Part shown: one piece after another, positions 16,324-20,000 of the stretch | Position numbering within the stretch: the first letter of the stretch is position 1 | Layout of the letters: every line of letters starts with the position of its first letter | Origin: an uncultured virus (IMG/VR IMGVR_UViG_3300029705_002947) | Lineage: Duplodnaviria > Heunggongvirae > Uroviricota > Caudoviricetes | Virus record (IMG/VR): IMGVR_UViG_3300029705_002947 | Strand: one strand, 5' to 3' | DNA: 20,000 nucleotides | Notes under the pieces: generated by a model | What the model saw: only the letters and a program-made list of their open reading frames with translations | Database searches by the model: none | Told to the model about the DNA's origin: nothing | Program-made: the position numbers and the translations under genes

Positions 16324-17223
16324 TTACATATATCTTTTATAATCATCTACATCTTTTTGAGAAACTTCTTGTCTAGGTCTCATTCTTTCTTCTGTGTATT
16401 CTAATTCATCATTATGAGTTGCATTATCAAATATCTCACTTATTACACTTGTGTTCTTTGGTGCACTATATTTAATTCTTCCTGTTTCAACATCTTGTAA
16501 TGCCATATTAAGAGCAGTTGTTGTAAATACTTCTACACCATAAACTCCTACATCACTATAATTTAATATATATGATGCAACTTTACAACAATATGCAAGT
16601 TTATCATATTCAAAATCTGTCATATAATCACTTAGATATTCTTCATATAACATACTATGTTCATATCTTAATGATTCTACATCTCTACCAAATACTATAT
16701 TTGTCATAGCATTTGCAACTTCAAAATATAGATTATCTTCATATACATTTAATCTATAAGCTGCTTCTGATAATGCTTTTGAATCGAAAGTTATTGCAAG
16801 ATTTTTCTCATCATTTTTTCTTCTATCATAATGTGTGAATTCTGGATGAGGAACATACACACCATATCTGATTATTATACCTTTTGCAGTTCTTAAGAAT
16901 GTTGTAAATTCTTTAACTTTAAGTTTACTACTTAATTCAATTACATAATCTATATTGATAGGTTTTTCATATAAATAATCTGCTATAATATAATTATCAT
17001 AACATTTTAATGCTTGACTTATACAACCTTGTTTATCTAATAGGTAAACGAAATCTTCCATAGATTGTAAATAACCAAAATCTTTACTATGAACATTTTG
17101 CATAACGTATAATATATCTTGTGCATTTACATATACTTCATTTAAACCTGTTGTATATTCTATTACTGCACCTTTGTATTCCATCATTCTTCTACATTCT
17201 AAAACATCATTTAATTTTAACAT
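16324..17223 (-). CDS. Hypothetical protein, weakly BRO-N/antirepressor-like
   Basis: 299 aa, GGAGGT RBS. EVYVNAQDILYVM and IIRYGVY recall BRO-N; YFEVANAMTNIVFG..LR..LSDY recalls DinD/antirepressor C-terminal domains. Function tentative. Confidence 0.75.
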   Translation of the reverse strand: MLKLNDVLECRRMMEYKGAVIEYTTGLNEVYVNAQDILYVMQNVHSKDFGYLQSMEDFVYLLDKQGCISQALKCYDNYIIADYLYEKPINIDYVIELSSKLKVKEFTTFLRTAKGIIIRYGVYVPHPEFTHYDRRKNDEKNLAITFDSKALSEAAYRLNVYEDNLYFEVANAMTNIVFGRDVESLRYEHSMLYEEYLSDYMTDFEYDKLAYCCKVASYILNYSDVGVYGVEVFTTTALNMALQDVETGRIKYSAPKNTSVISEIFDNATHNDELEYTEERMRPRQEVSQKDVDDYKRYM

Positions 17224-17284
17224 AAACAGTTACCTCCATTAATTTTATATTTTTTTATATTAACTGTATTTCTACAGATGTTAC

Positions 17285-18064
17285 CTAATTTGCATTACAA
17301 ACTTGTGGCTTTAACATTAAACCTTCAGATGTTGCTATTACTTTTACATATGTGTTATCTACAGTTACATCTGAGAATGATAATTCTCTTTTTGCTTCAT
17401 GATATATATCTGATACATAATTAACTTGATGTATTAAATGATTATCTGATAACCATTCATACAGTTTACTTATGTTTATTGATTTTAATGCGAATCCTTT
17501 TACTGTTCCATCATCTTGTATAGCTGCATATCTTATGAATCTTATCATTTTCTTATAACAATTTTCAAATTCTTTCATTTTGCTTTCTGGTACTTTACTT
17601 ACTATTTCTCTATATTGTTTTGTCTCTTCGTAATCTTTGTAATGAACCCATATATCATCTCTTCTATCTAAACAGAAGTTCATACTATTGAATCCATATT
17701 CTATGAAATTTTCTTTAGCACATGTATATATTTTATTCTTTAATGTAAAATCTTCATCTGTATATCCTTTTGTATAAAGGAATTGTTTTAATAAATCTAT
17801 TGTAAAATTACTATAAACTTTATGTTTTTTGATTTTTTCAAATATTGATGATATGTGTAATAGTTCATTAAAACCTTTATCTAATTTAGATACAAAATCC
17901 ATTCTATTTTTATCTTTACATACATAAGTTCTATTGAATAATGCTTGAACTGGTCCTAAATAAATATTATTATTTTTGACAAACATTTTTAGTTTTCTTT
18001 CTACACCATTTTTGTCAACTAATGTAAATCTTTCAAATTCAGAAACAGCACTAACTCTTATCAT
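17285..18064 (-). CDS. Hypothetical protein (259 aa), probable early gene
   Basis: ORF with AGGGGG RBS downstream of early-type promoter copy 2; no recognised motif. Confidence 0.8.
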   Translation of the reverse strand: MIRVSAVSEFERFTLVDKNGVERKLKMFVKNNNIYLGPVQALFNRTYVCKDKNRMDFVSKLDKGFNELLHISSIFEKIKKHKVYSNFTIDLLKQFLYTKGYTDEDFTLKNKIYTCAKENFIEYGFNSMNFCLDRRDDIWVHYKDYEETKQYREIVSKVPESKMKEFENCYKKMIRFIRYAAIQDDGTVKGFALKSINISKLYEWLSDNHLIHQVNYVSDIYHEAKRELSFSDVTVDNTYVKVIATSEGLMLKPQVCNAN

Positions 18065-18119
18065 AATTTGTACCCCCTAGATTCATAATATTTTTATGAA
18101 TGATAATATATTTATTATC

Positions 18120-18161
18120 ATTCACTTATATAATATAGTTTTGAAATATTACCTTTTTACA
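18120..18161 (-). promoter_or_regulatory. Early-type phage promoter, copy 2
   Basis: Minus strand TGTAAAAAGGTAATATTTCAAAACTATATTATATAAGTGAAT. Confidence 0.75.
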
Positions 18162-18168
18162 TTAACGA

Positions 18169-18180
18169 AACAATTCTATA
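18169..18180 (+). promoter_or_regulatory. Late-type phage promoter AACA-N6-TA
   Basis: AACA-ATTCTA-TA about 44 nt upstream of ATG 18224, back-to-back with the early promoter. Confidence 0.65.
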
Positions 18181-18223
18181 TTATTGTAAATAACTTAATA
18201 GAAAATAATAAAGGAGTGATATT

Positions 18224-18592
18224 ATGGATTACGAAAATTACTATGCTGAAAGATTAATAGGTATGTATTCATTATTAGAAGCATCAGATAGTGTTTGTTT
18301 AGAAGGATTTAAAGACAGTAAAAAGAAAAAAGTTAGTAAAGAAGAAGGTGAACGTGCTAGAAATAGTTTTATTAAGTTTGCTAAAAAACATGATCCTGAA
18401 AAAGGTGCTAAACTTGAAAAAGAACCTAGTCTTGCTAAACAAGCAGTAAAACAAGAATGGGATGTTTATAAAGAATGGAGAAAAGAACATGCAGCATTAA
18501 ATGAAATATTAATATTATTTTTATTCGGTCTTGTTGGTGTTGCAGGTCAAGAAATAGTAAGAAGAAAAGCAAGAAAAAAAGGTAACTGGTAG
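18224..18592 (+). CDS. Hypothetical basic protein with C-terminal hydrophobic segment; possible virion head protein; paralog of 18616..19038
   Basis: AAGGAG RBS; SLLE..VCLEG N-terminus; LNEILILFLFGLVGVAG hydrophobic helix. Confidence 0.8.
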   Translation: MDYENYYAERLIGMYSLLEASDSVCLEGFKDSKKKKVSKEEGERARNSFIKFAKKHDPEKGAKLEKEPSLAKQAVKQEWDVYKEWRKEHAALNEILILFLFGLVGVAGQEIVRRKARKKGNW

Positions 18593-18615
18593 AATAATAA
18601 AAGGAGAATGAAAAT

Positions 18616-19038
18616 ATGGATAAATCGTATCAAAATTTTTTAGATAACGTAAGTGATAGAATTGATGGTGTTAACTCATTATTAGAATCACTAGATATAG
18701 TATTAGAAAAAGCTGGTGATGAAATAAAATTTAGAAAAGCTAAAGCAAGTTTTTTAAATTATCTTAAAAAACATAATCCTAAAAAAGCGAAAGAATGTGC
18801 AGAAGATTTTAAAAAATTATACAAAGAAGCAAAAAGTAAAACACCTGATTTCCAAACATGGGCTAAGAAAAATCCACAACACGCTGCAATGTTTTATGCT
18901 GGAATAGGAATGAGTCCTGCTGCAGTTAAAAATTATGCAACAATGATTCAAATAGACGCAATTAAAACTACACATAAAAATAATAAAAAAATCATGGATG
19001 AATATAAAACAAAATACGGACTTAATAAAAAGAAATAG
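18616..19038 (+). CDS. Hypothetical basic protein; possible virion head protein; paralog of 18224..18592
   Basis: AAGGAG RBS; shares SLLE, LE, SF..KKH.P.K and a conserved W with the upstream ORF. Confidence 0.8.
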   Translation: MDKSYQNFLDNVSDRIDGVNSLLESLDIVLEKAGDEIKFRKAKASFLNYLKKHNPKKAKECAEDFKKLYKEAKSKTPDFQTWAKKNPQHAAMFYAGIGMSPAAVKNYATMIQIDAIKTTHKNNKKIMDEYKTKYGLNKKK

Positions 19039-19059
19039 GCATATGCCTATTTCTTTTTA
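19026..19059. terminator. Perfect 34-bp palindrome / bidirectional terminator overlapping both stop codons
   Basis: TAAAAAGAAATAGGCATATGCCTATTTCTTTTTA equals its reverse complement. Confidence 0.8.
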
Positions 19060-19652
19060 ATTTGTATTAAATAATCATGTTTTACATTTACAGGATCATA
19101 CTTAAATAATTTATAAAATATCTCTGTTATTTTACCTGTAACGAAAACTAATATTATTGTTAATAATGTTAAATGTTCTCTAGCTGTTAATATTGCTACT
19201 ATATAATAACAACCTTCTATTATAGTTCTTATAAATGAAACTGATTTACCAGTTTGCTTAACTAATGTTGTTGTTAATATATTAGTTGCACCTTCACCTA
19301 ATTCAGCTGTTGCTGTTATAGCCCAACCTAACATTGTACATAAACCAAATATTAACATTAACGGATGAGATGGTAATATTGATTTAAATACATCTATCAA
19401 TATACTTACATATGAACATGCTAATATTGAAGATACACCTATACCTTCTCTTTTATAACAAACATAAACTAACATTAAACCTTCTACTATTAAACTTACC
19501 ATACTGAATGGTATACCTGTTACTTTAGATAAACCTAAATAAGCTGCAGTTATTCCAAAGCAACCTAAACCAGAATTAATTAAAGAAGCTATACCAAATG
19601 CAGATATAGCTCCACCTACTAAAGTTGTTATTATTCTTTTAAACATATTCAA
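19047..19652 (-). CDS. YczE/YyaS/YitT-family multi-pass membrane protein
   Basis: GGAISAFGIASLINSGLG and repeated AELGEG pattern, about 6 hydrophobic segments; TTG start 9 nt from an AAGGGG RBS. Confidence 0.85.
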   Translation of the reverse strand: MNMFKRIITTLVGGAISAFGIASLINSGLGCFGITAAYLGLSKVTGIPFSMVSLIVEGLMLVYVCYKREGIGVSSILACSYVSILIDVFKSILPSHPLMLIFGLCTMLGWAITATAELGEGATNILTTTLVKQTGKSVSFIRTIIEGCYYIVAILTAREHLTLLTIILVFVTGKITEIFYKLFKYDPVNVKHDYLIQIKKK

Positions 19653-19679
19653 TTGTCATTACCCCTTTATTATTTTTTA

Positions 19680-20000
19680 TTAATCACATTTACTATAACC
19701 ACAATTTGTGCATTGCATACAACCACCTGACATTTGTAATGTCTTTTCTTTACATTCTGGACATTCTTTTAAGCCCATAATATCAGATTCTTCTTCATGA
19801 TCTTCGTCTATTTCTTTCATAGCTTTGAATATTACTTGGAATTCTTTATTTAACTCTATTAAAGCTTTACCTACTGCACCAGCACATGAAGAACCTGGTG
19901 ATAATATTATTCCTTTAGCTCTTGAACTTGCAAATGAAGGACAGTTTATAGTTGATGCTAATTGATCTGCTACATCTTTAACATCTACACCTGCTCTTAA
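19680..20000 (-). CDS. nrdJ: C-terminus of class II (B12-dependent) ribonucleotide reductase: TSCPD-type domain + Zn ribbon (partial)
   Basis: Manual translation LRAGVDVKDVADQLASTINCPSF..PGSSCAGAVGKAL..ECPECKEKTLQMSGGCMQCTNCGYSKCD*; 5' part outside the window. Confidence 0.85.
   Translation of the reverse strand, partial: LRAGVDVKDVADQLASTINCPSFASSRAKGIILSPGSSCAGAVGKALIELNKEFQVIFKAMKEIDEDHEEESDIMGLKECPECKEKTLQMSGGCMQCTNCGYSKCD

Noticed and set aside
18299..18490. Minus-strand 63-aa Phe-rich ORF
   Set aside because: Reverse complement of a Lys/Glu-rich gene.
1..20000. CRISPR array, tRNA, IS element or integrase
   Set aside because: No regularly spaced repeats, cloverleaf/T-loop signature or transposase/recombinase motifs seen by eye; tRNAscan and CRISPR finders were not run.

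Overview
Very AT-rich segment of what is most likely a jumbo phage of the phiKZ/AR9(PBS1) type infecting a Firmicute, probably a clostridium (host is inference). Two divergently transcribed split multisubunit RNA polymerase genes dominate the window: a ~684-aa beta-prime C-terminal half and a 1380-aa beta subunit. Other genes are an SF2 helicase, a full-length RNase R, a GH73+SH3b peptidoglycan hydrolase flanked by two paralogous coiled-coil genes, the N-terminal 913 codons of a LamG+CotH-kinase-like probable virion protein (missed by the ORF track), a pair of paralogous probable head proteins, a YczE-like membrane protein and the 3' end of a class II ribonucleotide reductase. Two phage promoter classes can be read from the intergenic DNA: a 42-bp TATATTAT-containing 'early' motif (2 copies) and an AR9-like AACA-N6-TA 'late' motif (6 exact copies plus variants). 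Two late motifs drive no ORF but short, hairpin-rich, terminator-ended units: candidate small RNAs at 3191-3318 (-) and 11959-12069 (+). The second displays an anti-Shine-Dalgarno loop complementary to the ribosome-binding regions of the RNase R, beta-prime and 299-aa genes.
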